64,000 bases of DNA from an uncultured Eubacteriales bacterium (GCA_964354215.1 CAYGYT010000003.1:20272-84271), one strand, 5' to 3'. Shown: positions 37,791 through 46,234, counted from the stretch's first letter. The notes: generated from the letters alone by a model not told the origin. Numbers and translations are program-made.

Positions 37791-37802
37791 GAGCGGGATG
37801 GC

Positions 37803-38330
37803 ATGCAGTCCGTGAAAGTCGTCATCACCGGTCCCTTCAACGCCGGCAAGACCACGTTCATCAAGGCGGTGAGCGAGATTACCGTGCTCTCGACGGAGCG
37901 CCAGGTGAGCGATATCTCAGGCGAAGGGGGCGGCGAGACGACGGTCGCAATGGATTTCGGTCGCATCACGGTGTCTGACGACGTCGTGTTGTACCTGTTC
38001 GGCACACCCGGCCAAGAGCGCTTCTCGTTCATGTGGGACACGCTCTCCGAGGGGATGCTCGGCTTCGTCGTGCTGGCCGACGGGACCAACCGGGAGTCCC
38101 TTTCCGACGCGCGCGCGATGATCGACTACTTCACGAAGCTCTCCGATGTCTCGTTCGTGGTCGCCGCGAATCGCATGGATGCAGGTGATGCAGAGGGGCT
38201 CTCTCATGTCCGTTCCGATCTCGGATTGGACGAGAGCGTCCCGCTGCTCTCGGTCGACGCGCGAGACCGGGAGTCAGTGAAGTCGGTCCTGCTGGGTCTG
38301 CTCTACCGCATTCTGGAGAGCGTCGGCTAG
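37803..38330 (+). CDS. small Ras-like GTPase of the CvnD/MglA-like (COG2229-type ATP/GTP-binding protein) family
   Basis: P-loop GPFNAGKT, TTVAMDFGRI, G3-like LYLFGTPGQERF, and G4-like AANRMD. AGGAGCGGG SD is present. Confidence 0.8.
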   Translation: MQSVKVVITGPFNAGKTTFIKAVSEITVLSTERQVSDISGEGGGETTVAMDFGRITVSDDVVLYLFGTPGQERFSFMWDTLSEGMLGFVVLADGTNRESLSDARAMIDYFTKLSDVSFVVAANRMDAGDAEGLSHVRSDLGLDESVPLLSVDARDRESVKSVLLGLLYRILESVG

Positions 38331-38331
38331 G

Positions 38332-38745
38332 TTGATGCGGCTTCTACCGGGTATCCTCATTGGCTCGGTGGTGCTGATCGTGCTCTCGGTCGTCGCCGTT
38401 CGTGTGATGATGCGAGCGCAGAAGCGCCGCGATCTTGGTTCACGCGCCCGACGGCGCGGTGCGGCACCACCCGCGATGCCCTCAACGCCGGAACCGCGCC
38501 TCAACGCCGGGAACGTCGTGGCCGATACCATCGCCCCACGAGGGGCTCCGAGCCTCGCGATCGACACGGCACGCGTTCCCGCGCGCCGTTTGGTTGCGCC
38601 GGTTGAGCTCTGGTTCGGCACCACCTGTGTGGGGGTCGTGCGGGGGAGCGATACGCATGAGCGCTTCAGCCGCTACGCGAACGGACTGCTCGCGGAGCTT
38701 GCCGCGGGCTCGGACTCGCGTGAGGGCGGCTCTCCCAGGGTGTAG
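38332..38745 (+). CDS. hypothetical single-pass membrane protein
   Basis: N-terminal TM (LPGILIGSVVLIVLSVVAV), a basic/Pro-rich linker, and a short C-terminal segment. It starts 1 nt after the GTPase stop. No family recognised. Confidence 0.4.
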   Translation: MMRLLPGILIGSVVLIVLSVVAVRVMMRAQKRRDLGSRARRRGAAPPAMPSTPEPRLNAGNVVADTIAPRGAPSLAIDTARVPARRLVAPVELWFGTTCVGVVRGSDTHERFSRYANGLLAELAAGSDSREGGSPRV

Positions 38746-38909
38746 CGCGCGATCGTGCGGTTGCTGACCGCAGTACCCTTCGGCGACGGCCTGCCGTTTC
38801 GCTCCTCGGTTGCGCCGAGCCCGACCGTAATGCTCCCTGCTCCGAACGCCGATGAAAGACGTGTCGCAGTCGCGTCCTCGCGCGGCGGGTTCGCCTGCGG
38901 CACGGGCGC

Positions 38910-40598
38910 GTGCAGAAGGGGCAGCGGGTGGCGGAAACGGGAAAGAGGCTCGGGCAGCTCCTCGTCCGGGCCGGCGTCATAAGCGAAGCGCAGTTCAACG
39001 ACGCCCTCGAGGCGCACCGGGGTACCGGAGCGCCGCTCGGCCGCGTGCTCGTCGATCTCGGTTACGCGTCGCAGGCTTCGGTGCTTGCCGTGATGGCACG
39101 CCAGATCGGCATCGACTACGTCGACTTCTCGGAGCGCAAGCCGGAGCCGAACGCCATCGCCGTCGTTCCGCGTGAACTCGCTGTGCGCTACGTGCTCATG
39201 CCCGTGGAGATCGCCGAGGACATACTCGTGGTCGCGATGGCCGATCCGCAGAACGTCCTCGCCCTTGACGACCTGCGGATCATCACCGGGTTCGACGTGC
39301 GGGCCTGCATCTCGACGAAGGACGATATCCTCGGCGCGATCGAGGAGTACTACAAGGTCGCCGAGCAGTCCGAGGCCGACGAGTTCATCGGCAGTGCCGA
39401 GATCGACGACATCGACCTCGCGGAGCTTACGGACGTGACCTCCGAAGCGCCCACGGTCAAGCTCGTCAACTTCATCATCCACAAGGCGGTCACCGAACGC
39501 GCCTCGGACATACACATCGAACCCCAGGAGAAGGACCTACGCGTCCGCTTCCGCATCGATGGCGTGCTCCACGAGGTGGTGCGCAGTCCCAAGTCGACAC
39601 AGGCGGCGATCATCAGTCGGTTCAAGATCATGGCGGAGATGGACATCGCCGAATCGCGAAAGCCTCAGGACGGGCACTGCGCGGTGACCGTGGCGGGACA
39701 CAAGCTCGACTTCCGCGTCTCGACGCTTCCGACCGTCTACGGCGAGCGTGTTGTGCTCCGCATCCTGCGCAAGGACTCCATTCTGCTGCAGCTCAAGGAC
39801 CTAGGCTTCCTGCCGAACGCCCTTGGCCGTTTCGAATCGTCGTTCACCAAGCCGTACGGCGCCATTCTCGTCACCGGTCCGACGGGTTCGGGCAAGTCGA
39901 CGTCGCTCTATGCAGCGATAAACGTACTCAACTCGCCGACGAAGCACATCCTCACCGCCGAGGACCCGGTCGAATACCGTCTCGAGGGCGTCAACCAGTG
40001 CCAGACGAACAACCGCGTTGGCCTGACCTTCGCGCGCGCGCTCCGGTCGTTCCTGCGCTGCTCGCCCGACATCATCCTCGTCGGCGAGATTCGCGACCAT
40101 GAGACCGCCAAGATCGCGATCGAGTCGGCGCTCACCGGGCATCTCGTGCTCACAACGCTCCACACGAACGATTCGTCCGGAGCCGTGACCCGACTCGTCG
40201 AGATGGGCGTCGAGCCGTTCCTCGTGTCCTCGGCCGTGGATTGCGTGCTTGCGCAGCGCCTCGCCCGGCGCCTGTGCCCCGACTGCAAGACCGAGTACCG
40301 CCCTGCGGAAGAAGTGCTCATCGAGGCGGGCTACTCGCCCGATAACCTACCTGAGGTCGTCTACCGGCCAGTTGGCTGCAAGAAATGCGGCGGGACGGGA
40401 TACCGGGGGCGCCTCGGCGTTCACGAGGTACTGCTCATGTCCGAAGAGATTCGCAGGTTGTGCGTGGCCGAGGCCACGTCGGAGCAGATCAAGCAAGTAG
40501 CGATCGAAGAGGGAATGCTGACACTCCGTCAGGACGGGTTGGAGAAGGTGCGGGACGGCTCAACGTCAATCGAGGAGATCTGCCGGGTCATCGTCTAG
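38910..40598 (+). CDS. pilB: type IV pilus assembly ATPase PilB (GspE family)
   Basis: T2SSE_N/MshEN-like N-terminus (KRLGQLLVRAGVISEAQFNDALEAH...PLGRVLVDLGY), Walker A GPTGSGKST, and CPDCK...CKKCGGTGYRGR. An alternative GTG start at 38928 has a better SD. Confidence 0.9.
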   Translation: MQKGQRVAETGKRLGQLLVRAGVISEAQFNDALEAHRGTGAPLGRVLVDLGYASQASVLAVMARQIGIDYVDFSERKPEPNAIAVVPRELAVRYVLMPVEIAEDILVVAMADPQNVLALDDLRIITGFDVRACISTKDDILGAIEEYYKVAEQSEADEFIGSAEIDDIDLAELTDVTSEAPTVKLVNFIIHKAVTERASDIHIEPQEKDLRVRFRIDGVLHEVVRSPKSTQAAIISRFKIMAEMDIAESRKPQDGHCAVTVAGHKLDFRVSTLPTVYGERVVLRILRKDSILLQLKDLGFLPNALGRFESSFTKPYGAILVTGPTGSGKSTSLYAAINVLNSPTKHILTAEDPVEYRLEGVNQCQTNNRVGLTFARALRSFLRCSPDIILVGEIRDHETAKIAIESALTGHLVLTTLHTNDSSGAVTRLVEMGVEPFLVSSAVDCVLAQRLARRLCPDCKTEYRPAEEVLIEAGYSPDNLPEVVYRPVGCKKCGGTGYRGRLGVHEVLLMSEEIRRLCVAEATSEQIKQVAIEEGMLTLRQDGLEKVRDGSTSIEEICRVIV

Positions 40599-40640
40599 CG
40601 CGGCGCGCGACTGGGCGAATGAAACAAGGAGTGTAGTGAG

Positions 40641-41852
40641 ATGGCGGTTTTCAACTACGCGGTTCGCGACAAAGCGGGCAAGGTCGTCAAGGGCCAGCTC
40701 GAGGGCGACAGCAAGGAGGTCGTCAGGGCGAAGCTCATGCAGATGGGCTACATCATCCTCGACCTCGAGCCGCAGAGCGCGATGGCCGCGCTCGGCAAGA
40801 TCAGTCTCGGCTCGCGCGTGAAGTCGAAAGACATCACGATCTTCGCGCGTCAGTTCGCGACGATGATCAACGCGGGCCTGTCGCTCACCAAGTGCCTCTC
40901 CATCTTGGGTTCGCAGACCGAGAGCGCACCGTTGCGAGACGTCATCGGGCAGATCGCGCGCGACGTGGAAGCGGGCCAATCGCTCTCTGACTCCATGTCG
41001 AAGCATCCCCGCATATTCCCGCCGATCTTCGTGAACATGGTGCGAGCCGGCGAGACGGGCGGTGTGCTCGACGAGGTCCTGCTTCGTGTCGCCGACCATT
41101 TCGAGCGGGACGCTGCACTCAAGGGACGCATCAAGTCCGCCATGACGTACCCCATCGCGATGGGCTCGCTCGTCGTGATCATCCTCATTGCAATGATGGT
41201 CTTCGTGGTGCCGACGTTCGAGAAGATGTTCAACGACATGGGCGGCGAGCTTCCCCTCATGACTCAGATGCTCGTCGGCGTCTCGAACACCGTGGCGAGC
41301 TTCTGGGGCATCGTGATCGCCGGGGCGATCGTCGGAATGGTCATGGGGTTCCGTTGGTGGAAGCGCACGCCCTCGGGCAAGCTCATCTGGGACGGGATCA
41401 CCTTGCGCATGCCGGTCTTCGGGTCGCTCGTGCGAAAGCTCGCGCTCGCGAAGTTCACCCGTACGTTCGGCACGCTCGTGTCGGCAGGCGTCCCGATCCT
41501 CTCCGCACTCGACATCGTGGCGGACACGTCCGGCAACGAAGTCGTCGCCCAGGCGGTCAAGAAGACTCGCTCCGCGATCAAAGAAGGCGAGACGATCGCC
41601 AAGCCACTCGGCGAGTCGCCGGTCTTTCCGTCGATGCTCGTTCAGATGATCGCGGTGGGCGAGGAGACGGGTGCTCTCGACGCCATGCTGACCAAGATCG
41701 CCGACTTCTACGACGAGGAAGTAGGGGCGGCTGTCGAGGGACTCACGTCGCTCATCGAGCCGCTCATGATGGCCTCGCTCGGCGCGGTCGTCGGCGTCAT
41801 GGTCATCGCTCTCTACATGCCGATGTTCACCGTCATCTCGCTCGTGAAGTAG
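40641..41852 (+). CDS. pilC: type IV pilus platform protein PilC (T2SS F family)
   Basis: 403 aa with two GspF-type repeats and TM segments. AAGGAG SD is present. Confidence 0.93.
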   Translation: MAVFNYAVRDKAGKVVKGQLEGDSKEVVRAKLMQMGYIILDLEPQSAMAALGKISLGSRVKSKDITIFARQFATMINAGLSLTKCLSILGSQTESAPLRDVIGQIARDVEAGQSLSDSMSKHPRIFPPIFVNMVRAGETGGVLDEVLLRVADHFERDAALKGRIKSAMTYPIAMGSLVVIILIAMMVFVVPTFEKMFNDMGGELPLMTQMLVGVSNTVASFWGIVIAGAIVGMVMGFRWWKRTPSGKLIWDGITLRMPVFGSLVRKLALAKFTRTFGTLVSAGVPILSALDIVADTSGNEVVAQAVKKTRSAIKEGETIAKPLGESPVFPSMLVQMIAVGEETGALDAMLTKIADFYDEEVGAAVEGLTSLIEPLMMASLGAVVGVMVIALYMPMFTVISLVK

Positions 41853-41879
41853 TCGCGAGCTCGCCATTCCGCAACGCCT

Positions 41880-41912
41880 GCGCCCCCGCAGCCATGTCGC
41901 TCGCGGGGGCGC
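41880..41912 (+). terminator. hairpin after pilC (GCGCCCCCGC ... GCGGGGGCGC), possible attenuator or terminator
   Basis: Perfect 10-bp inverted repeat at 41880-41889 and 41903-41912 with a 13-nt loop. No T-tract follows. Confidence 0.4.
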
Positions 41913-42113
41913 TTGCCGTCTCGGCTGGGATGCCTTCGCCGAGCGTAGCTGCAGGTCCGCTCGTCGCTCTTGTGTGATGACCGGCACCAAATCGGACGAT
42001 TTAGAAGAGAAATGCGCGGCGAACGCTAAAGTGCCGGCCTGCGGCTCCGATACCACTGGTGTCAGTAAGGGCGGAGAAGAACCGCCCGCGAGTCCCCCAA
42101 GGGGGAGAAGGAG

Positions 42114-42515
42114 GTGCTAGCCGTGAGGCTGTACCGCAGGGACGAGGGTTTCACCCTCATCGAGCTCATGGTCGTCGTTCTTATTATCGGTATCCTTGTT
42201 GCCATCGCCATCCCGGTCTTCAACACCGCGAAGGCCAACGCGCAGAAGAAGGCGTGCTTCGCCAACCAGCGCACGATCGAGGGTTCGGCCAACACGTACG
42301 AGGCCGAGAAGGGTGGCCCCCCGCCCACGCTGGCGACCCTGGTCACGACGAACTACCTCAAGACCATGCCGGACTGCCCGTCCAATGGTCCGCTCGCCGC
42401 TGGCGGCGCCGACTACTCGTGTAACAACACCACCACGGTTGACGGCGCCGCCGCTGGCGGTACCGGCTGCACGTTCGGTACCCCGGCCCACGGCTACTAC
42501 CAGGTCGATCCATAG
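42114..42515 (+). CDS. pilA: prepilin-type N-terminal cleavage/methylation domain pilin (ComGC/PulG-like)
   Basis: Leader ...RRDEG|FTLIELMVVVLIIGILVAIAIP. GAAGGAGG SD sits at 42106-42113. The GTG at 42123 is the more likely start; the longest ORF starts at 42114. Confidence 0.9.
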   Translation: MLAVRLYRRDEGFTLIELMVVVLIIGILVAIAIPVFNTAKANAQKKACFANQRTIEGSANTYEAEKGGPPPTLATLVTTNYLKTMPDCPSNGPLAAGGADYSCNNTTTVDGAAAGGTGCTFGTPAHGYYQVDP

Positions 42516-42554
42516 GTCGATCCGAACTAGTACGACTCTCACTGAGCTCGCAAG

Positions 42555-42580
42555 GAAGGCCCGCCCACCGGCGGGCCTTC
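42555..42580 (+). terminator. intrinsic terminator after the pilin gene
   Basis: GAAGGCCCGCC-CACC-GGCGGGCCTTC, a perfect 11-bp stem, followed by TCCTTC. Confidence 0.7.
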
Positions 42581-42656
42581 TCCTTCGGGGGGTGGGCGAT
42601 CACGGCCGTGCGGCGGTCCCAATGTGCCCTGCACCAGCGGGCGCCCTGCCGCGCTT

Positions 42657-42665
42657 TGGTATCAT
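42657..42665 (+). promoter_or_regulatory. extended -10 promoter TGgTATCAT upstream of pilD
   Basis: Read directly, about 69 nt before the pilD ATG. The identical 9-mer recurs upstream of pilM. Confidence 0.45.
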
Positions 42666-42734
42666 CGCGTCGCCCAGCGACCATTCGCGTAGCTCGGCCA
42701 TCACACGGCGTTCCCGAGGGGGCTCTGGCCTTCG

Positions 42735-43559
42735 ATGCAGGTGTTCTCGCTCGTGATACTCGGCGTTTTCGGTCTGGCGTTCGGCAGTTTCGCGAACGTC
42801 GTGATCTGGCGCTTTCCGCGCGGGGAGTCGCTCTCACACCCTGCGTCGCACTGTCCGTTGTGCGAGCACCCGATCCGCTGGTACGACAACATCCCCATCG
42901 CGTCGTGGATCGCGCTCAGGGCGCGGTGTCGCGACTGTGGGGCTCCCATCGCGATTCGCTACCCGCTCGTGGAGCTCGCCTCCGGCGCGCTCTGGGTGCT
43001 CGCGGGTCTGCTCTACGGTACTTCGGCTCGCACGGTGAGCGCGATCGTGCTCTTCTACCTGCTGCTCATCCTGTCGCTCATCGATCTCGACACCATGCGG
43101 CTGCCCAATCCGATCGTCGGGTTGCTCGCAGCTACGGGATTCGTCGGCCTGCTGCTGGCTCAATTCACCGGCGTTGATGCCGCACCCATCACCTGGACGG
43201 GTAGTCTGCCGCCCGCACGGCCGCTCGTGCTCGGAGTGACGGGCGCGCTCGTGGGAGCCGGCGTGAGTCTGGCCATTGCGAGCATCTACGCCGGGATCAG
43301 GAAGAGCTCAGGCTTCGGGATGGGGGACGTGAAGCTCCTCGGGGCGCTGGGATTGTTCTTCGGGCCCTACGTGCTCATGGTGCTCTTCTTCGGAAGCCTT
43401 GTGGGAGCGGTCGTGGGGCTGGCATCCGTTCGCGAGCGCGGGCAACTGCGCACGCGCAAGTTGCCATTCGGCCCGATGCTCGCGGTGGGCGCGCTTGTGA
43501 CGGCCATCGCAGGGCCGGCGCTCTGGACGTGGTACACGACGCTCGTAGGGCTCCTCTAG
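42735..43559 (+). CDS. pilD: prepilin peptidase (A24 family, PilD)
   Basis: N-terminal Cys motif CPLCEH...CRDCG, aspartate motifs LIDLD and GMGDVKLLGALG, and about 7 TM. Confidence 0.92.
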   Translation: MQVFSLVILGVFGLAFGSFANVVIWRFPRGESLSHPASHCPLCEHPIRWYDNIPIASWIALRARCRDCGAPIAIRYPLVELASGALWVLAGLLYGTSARTVSAIVLFYLLLILSLIDLDTMRLPNPIVGLLAATGFVGLLLAQFTGVDAAPITWTGSLPPARPLVLGVTGALVGAGVSLAIASIYAGIRKSSGFGMGDVKLLGALGLFFGPYVLMVLFFGSLVGAVVGLASVRERGQLRTRKLPFGPMLAVGALVTAIAGPALWTWYTTLVGLL

Positions 43560-43741
43560 GCAGCGAGTGCTCGCGGTCACGCACGGGACGCCGTTCGTCG
43601 GACGGTGAAGCTCTGCCGCACGCATGCATCTCAAGAGCCTTTGCACCTCTGCCTATGCCGCATGTGCACGCGGATAGTCGTCGCATGCGCCGGTGCGGCA
43701 TTCGGCGGAAATTGGAGCCGACTCTAAAGACTTCGGCCCAA

Positions 43742-43769
43742 TTGCCGAGACTAGTAGGTGTGGTATCAT
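43742..43769 (+). promoter_or_regulatory. promoter for pilMNO: TTGCCG - 16 nt - (TGg)TATCAT
   Basis: -35 at 43742-43747, TG at 43761-43762, -10 at 43764-43769. Confidence 0.5.
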
Positions 43770-43820
43770 CCGCCACGGGAGCAACACCTAGCAACGAACG
43801 AAGCCTAATCGCAGCAGTAC

Positions 43821-44966
43821 TTGAAGGGGGACCTCTTGGCTCCTGTCTCCTTCTCGTCGGGGGCGCCCATCGTCGGTCTTGATATAGGGACCGACCATGT
43901 ACGGGCCGCACAAGTCAAACCGACGGGCTCGGGCTTCTCACTGACCGCTTACGGCCGTGTCAACATGCCGCTCGGCGCAGTCGTCGAGGGCGAGATCGTC
44001 GACACGGACGCGGTTGCTGCTGCCATTCGCGAACTCTGGAAGCGCTCCGGCGTGAAGGGCCGCGAGGTTGCTGTCGGCGTTTCGAACCAGAAGGTCGTCG
44101 TTCGCCTCATCGACCTGCCATTCATGGAGCGTGCCGAGCTCGAAGGCGCCATCCAGTACCAGGCGCAGGACTACATCCCGATCCCGGTCGAAGACGCGAT
44201 CCTGGACTTCCACATCCTCGGCGACTACATGACTCCCGCCGACGAGCACATGATGGAGGTCCTTCTGGTCGCCGCGCAGCGGGATATGGTCGGTGCCGCC
44301 GTGGCCGCCGTCGAGTCGGCCGGTCTCAAGCTCATGCAGATCGACGTGACCGCCTTCGCGCTCGTCAGAGGGCTCTTCGGCCCGATTGCCCAGGTGCTCC
44401 CCGATGAGGTGGCCGAACCCGGAGAGGCTGTCGGCGTCATCCACATCTCGTCGGGCATCACGAACATCGCCGTCGTGGAACGCGATGTCCCGCGCTTCAC
44501 ACGCGTCTCCTCGCTCGCGGGAAACCAGTTCACGCAGGCCATCGCGAACGTGCTGAACGTGACGTTCGACGAAGCTGAGGAGCTGAAGATCCGAATCGGA
44601 CTCCCCGGCCTCGATGCGGTTCCTGCCACCATCGCCGCGGGCGTCGACCCACAAACGGTCCAGATGGCGCAGGAGGCACTCGAGCGCGAGGTGAACAAGT
44701 TCATCGCCGAAGTGCGTCGTTCGCTTGACTACTACCTCACGCAGGCGACGCAGGTCCGCACCATCAAGCGGATCTACATGACTGGCAGCGGGGCGCTGCT
44801 CACAAACCTCGTGAGCTACCTCGAGCGCGGACTGCAGGCGCAGGTGCTCCTCGCCGACCCGCTCTCACGCGTGCAGGCCACGACTCCGGCGATCGAGCAG
44901 GCAGTAGCTGCGGACCGGCTTGGCTGCACCGCCGCCATCGGGCTCGCCATGGGCGGTGCGACGTAG
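43821..44966 (+). CDS. pilM: type IV pilus assembly protein PilM (actin-like ATPase fold)
   Basis: IVGLDIGTDHVRAAQV phosphate-1 motif. About 380 aa. TTG start at 43821 or at in-frame 43836. Confidence 0.9.
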   Translation: MKGDLLAPVSFSSGAPIVGLDIGTDHVRAAQVKPTGSGFSLTAYGRVNMPLGAVVEGEIVDTDAVAAAIRELWKRSGVKGREVAVGVSNQKVVVRLIDLPFMERAELEGAIQYQAQDYIPIPVEDAILDFHILGDYMTPADEHMMEVLLVAAQRDMVGAAVAAVESAGLKLMQIDVTAFALVRGLFGPIAQVLPDEVAEPGEAVGVIHISSGITNIAVVERDVPRFTRVSSLAGNQFTQAIANVLNVTFDEAEELKIRIGLPGLDAVPATIAAGVDPQTVQMAQEALEREVNKFIAEVRRSLDYYLTQATQVRTIKRIYMTGSGALLTNLVSYLERGLQAQVLLADPLSRVQATTPAIEQAVAADRLGCTAAIGLAMGGAT

Positions 44967-45605
44967 ATGGTACGCATCAACCTTCTGCCACGGGACATTC
45001 TCGAGAAGCGTCGCTACGAGCGCTACTTCGTGTGGGTCTATGTCGCGGCAGCGATCCTCGCAGTGCTGCTGCTCGGTATCTGGCTATTCCTTGGGCTGCA
45101 AGTGCAGCAGAAGAACAAGGATTTGCAGAGCCGCCAGGAACTCGCAAACAAGCTTCGCGCGGAGGCGGACGCGTTCGCGGTCTTCGAGCAGAAGCAGGCC
45201 GACCTCACCGCGCGACAGGAAATCGCCCAGCAGGCCCTTGCCGGTCGCATCAACTGGGCAAAGATAAACAACGAGATCTCGCTCGTGCTCCCGTCAGATG
45301 TCTGGGCCCAGAGTATGACCGCGAACCAGGACACGGGAATGCAGTTCACTCTGACCTCGCTCGACGCGGTGGACTCACCTGACGTTGGCCAGAAAGCGGT
45401 TGCGCGCACGATGGTTCGCCTGAACGATCTTGCCTCCTTGACGGACGTGTGGTTGATCGCGTCGTCAAAAACTGTGGTCGCGGAGGGCGAATCCAAGACC
45501 CCTATCATCCAGTTCCAGCTCACGTCTCAAGTCGTCAAGCCGGCCACGGCGAGTGCGACGGCAAGCCCGAGCGTGCCCGCCCCGCCTGCCTCGAACGGTC
45601 CGTAG
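44967..45605 (+). CDS. pilN: type IV pilus assembly protein PilN
   Basis: N-terminal INLLP motif, one TM, and a coiled coil. The ATG directly follows the pilM stop. Confidence 0.8.
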   Translation: MVRINLLPRDILEKRRYERYFVWVYVAAAILAVLLLGIWLFLGLQVQQKNKDLQSRQELANKLRAEADAFAVFEQKQADLTARQEIAQQALAGRINWAKINNEISLVLPSDVWAQSMTANQDTGMQFTLTSLDAVDSPDVGQKAVARTMVRLNDLASLTDVWLIASSKTVVAEGESKTPIIQFQLTSQVVKPATASATASPSVPAPPASNGP

Positions 45606-45619
45606 AGGTTGAGGACGCG

Positions 45620-46219
45620 ATGAAGCTGTCACCACGCAACCGACTCATCCTCACGATCGCCCTGGTCGTCGTTGTCGCGCTTGCCCTCGCCGGTTTCCTG
45701 ATCTACCCGCAGTTCGGCAAGCTTGCTGATCTGGACAAGCAGATCGAACAGGCGCAAAGCCAGATCGACCAGGCGAAAGTGCTGCTGGAACAGCGCCAGG
45801 CTGTGAAGGGCCGCGCGGCGCAGACCGATGCCGAGCTGCTCAGGCTCTCCAACGAACTCCCTGAAAGCCCCGAGCTCGCCTCGTTCATCATCGAACTGCA
45901 GGACACGGCGAACGAGGCCGGCGTCGAGTTCGTCACGCTCACGCCGGACACTCCAGCGCAGAACACCGGGTACTCGTCCATCAAGATGAAGATGGACATT
46001 CGAGGCGGATGGGCCGACACCATCGACTTCCTGCACCGCGTGGCCGAACTCACTCGGCAGGTGCGGGTCATAGGGTATGCGGCGGTGCCGTACACCGAGC
46101 AGAGCACGGGGAGCTCCGACACCGCACAGAAGGTGCTGGTGTCGGTAGACCTCGAAGTCTATACGCTAGCAGCAGCCCAGTCCGCGACAGGCGCAGCCGC
46201 GCCGGCGCCGGCTCAGTAG
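45620..46219 (+). CDS. pilO: type IV pilus assembly protein PilO
   Basis: The ATG at 45620 gives a TM, a coiled coil (QIEQAQSQIDQAKVLLEQ) and a ferredoxin-like C-terminus (IKMKMDIRGGWADTIDFLHRV). The upstream part of the 45449 ORF overlaps pilN. Confidence 0.8.
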   Translation: MKLSPRNRLILTIALVVVVALALAGFLIYPQFGKLADLDKQIEQAQSQIDQAKVLLEQRQAVKGRAAQTDAELLRLSNELPESPELASFIIELQDTANEAGVEFVTLTPDTPAQNTGYSSIKMKMDIRGGWADTIDFLHRVAELTRQVRVIGYAAVPYTEQSTGSSDTAQKVLVSVDLEVYTLAAAQSATGAAAPAPAQ

Positions 46220-46234
46220 GACGGTGACGAGTCA

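Noticed and set aside
41960-42060. Sigma-54 (GG-N10-GC) promoter upstream of the pilin gene.
   Set aside because: CGGCACCAAATCGGACG has the GGCAC half but no TTGC at the right spacing. No enhancer-binding-protein gene is nearby.
43529-43882. 117-aa plus-strand ORF spanning the pilD-pilM spacer.
   Set aside because: The translation is Arg/Ser/Gly-rich with no SD. It overlaps the pilD 3' end and the pilM 5' end, and the region is better explained as a promoter spacer.
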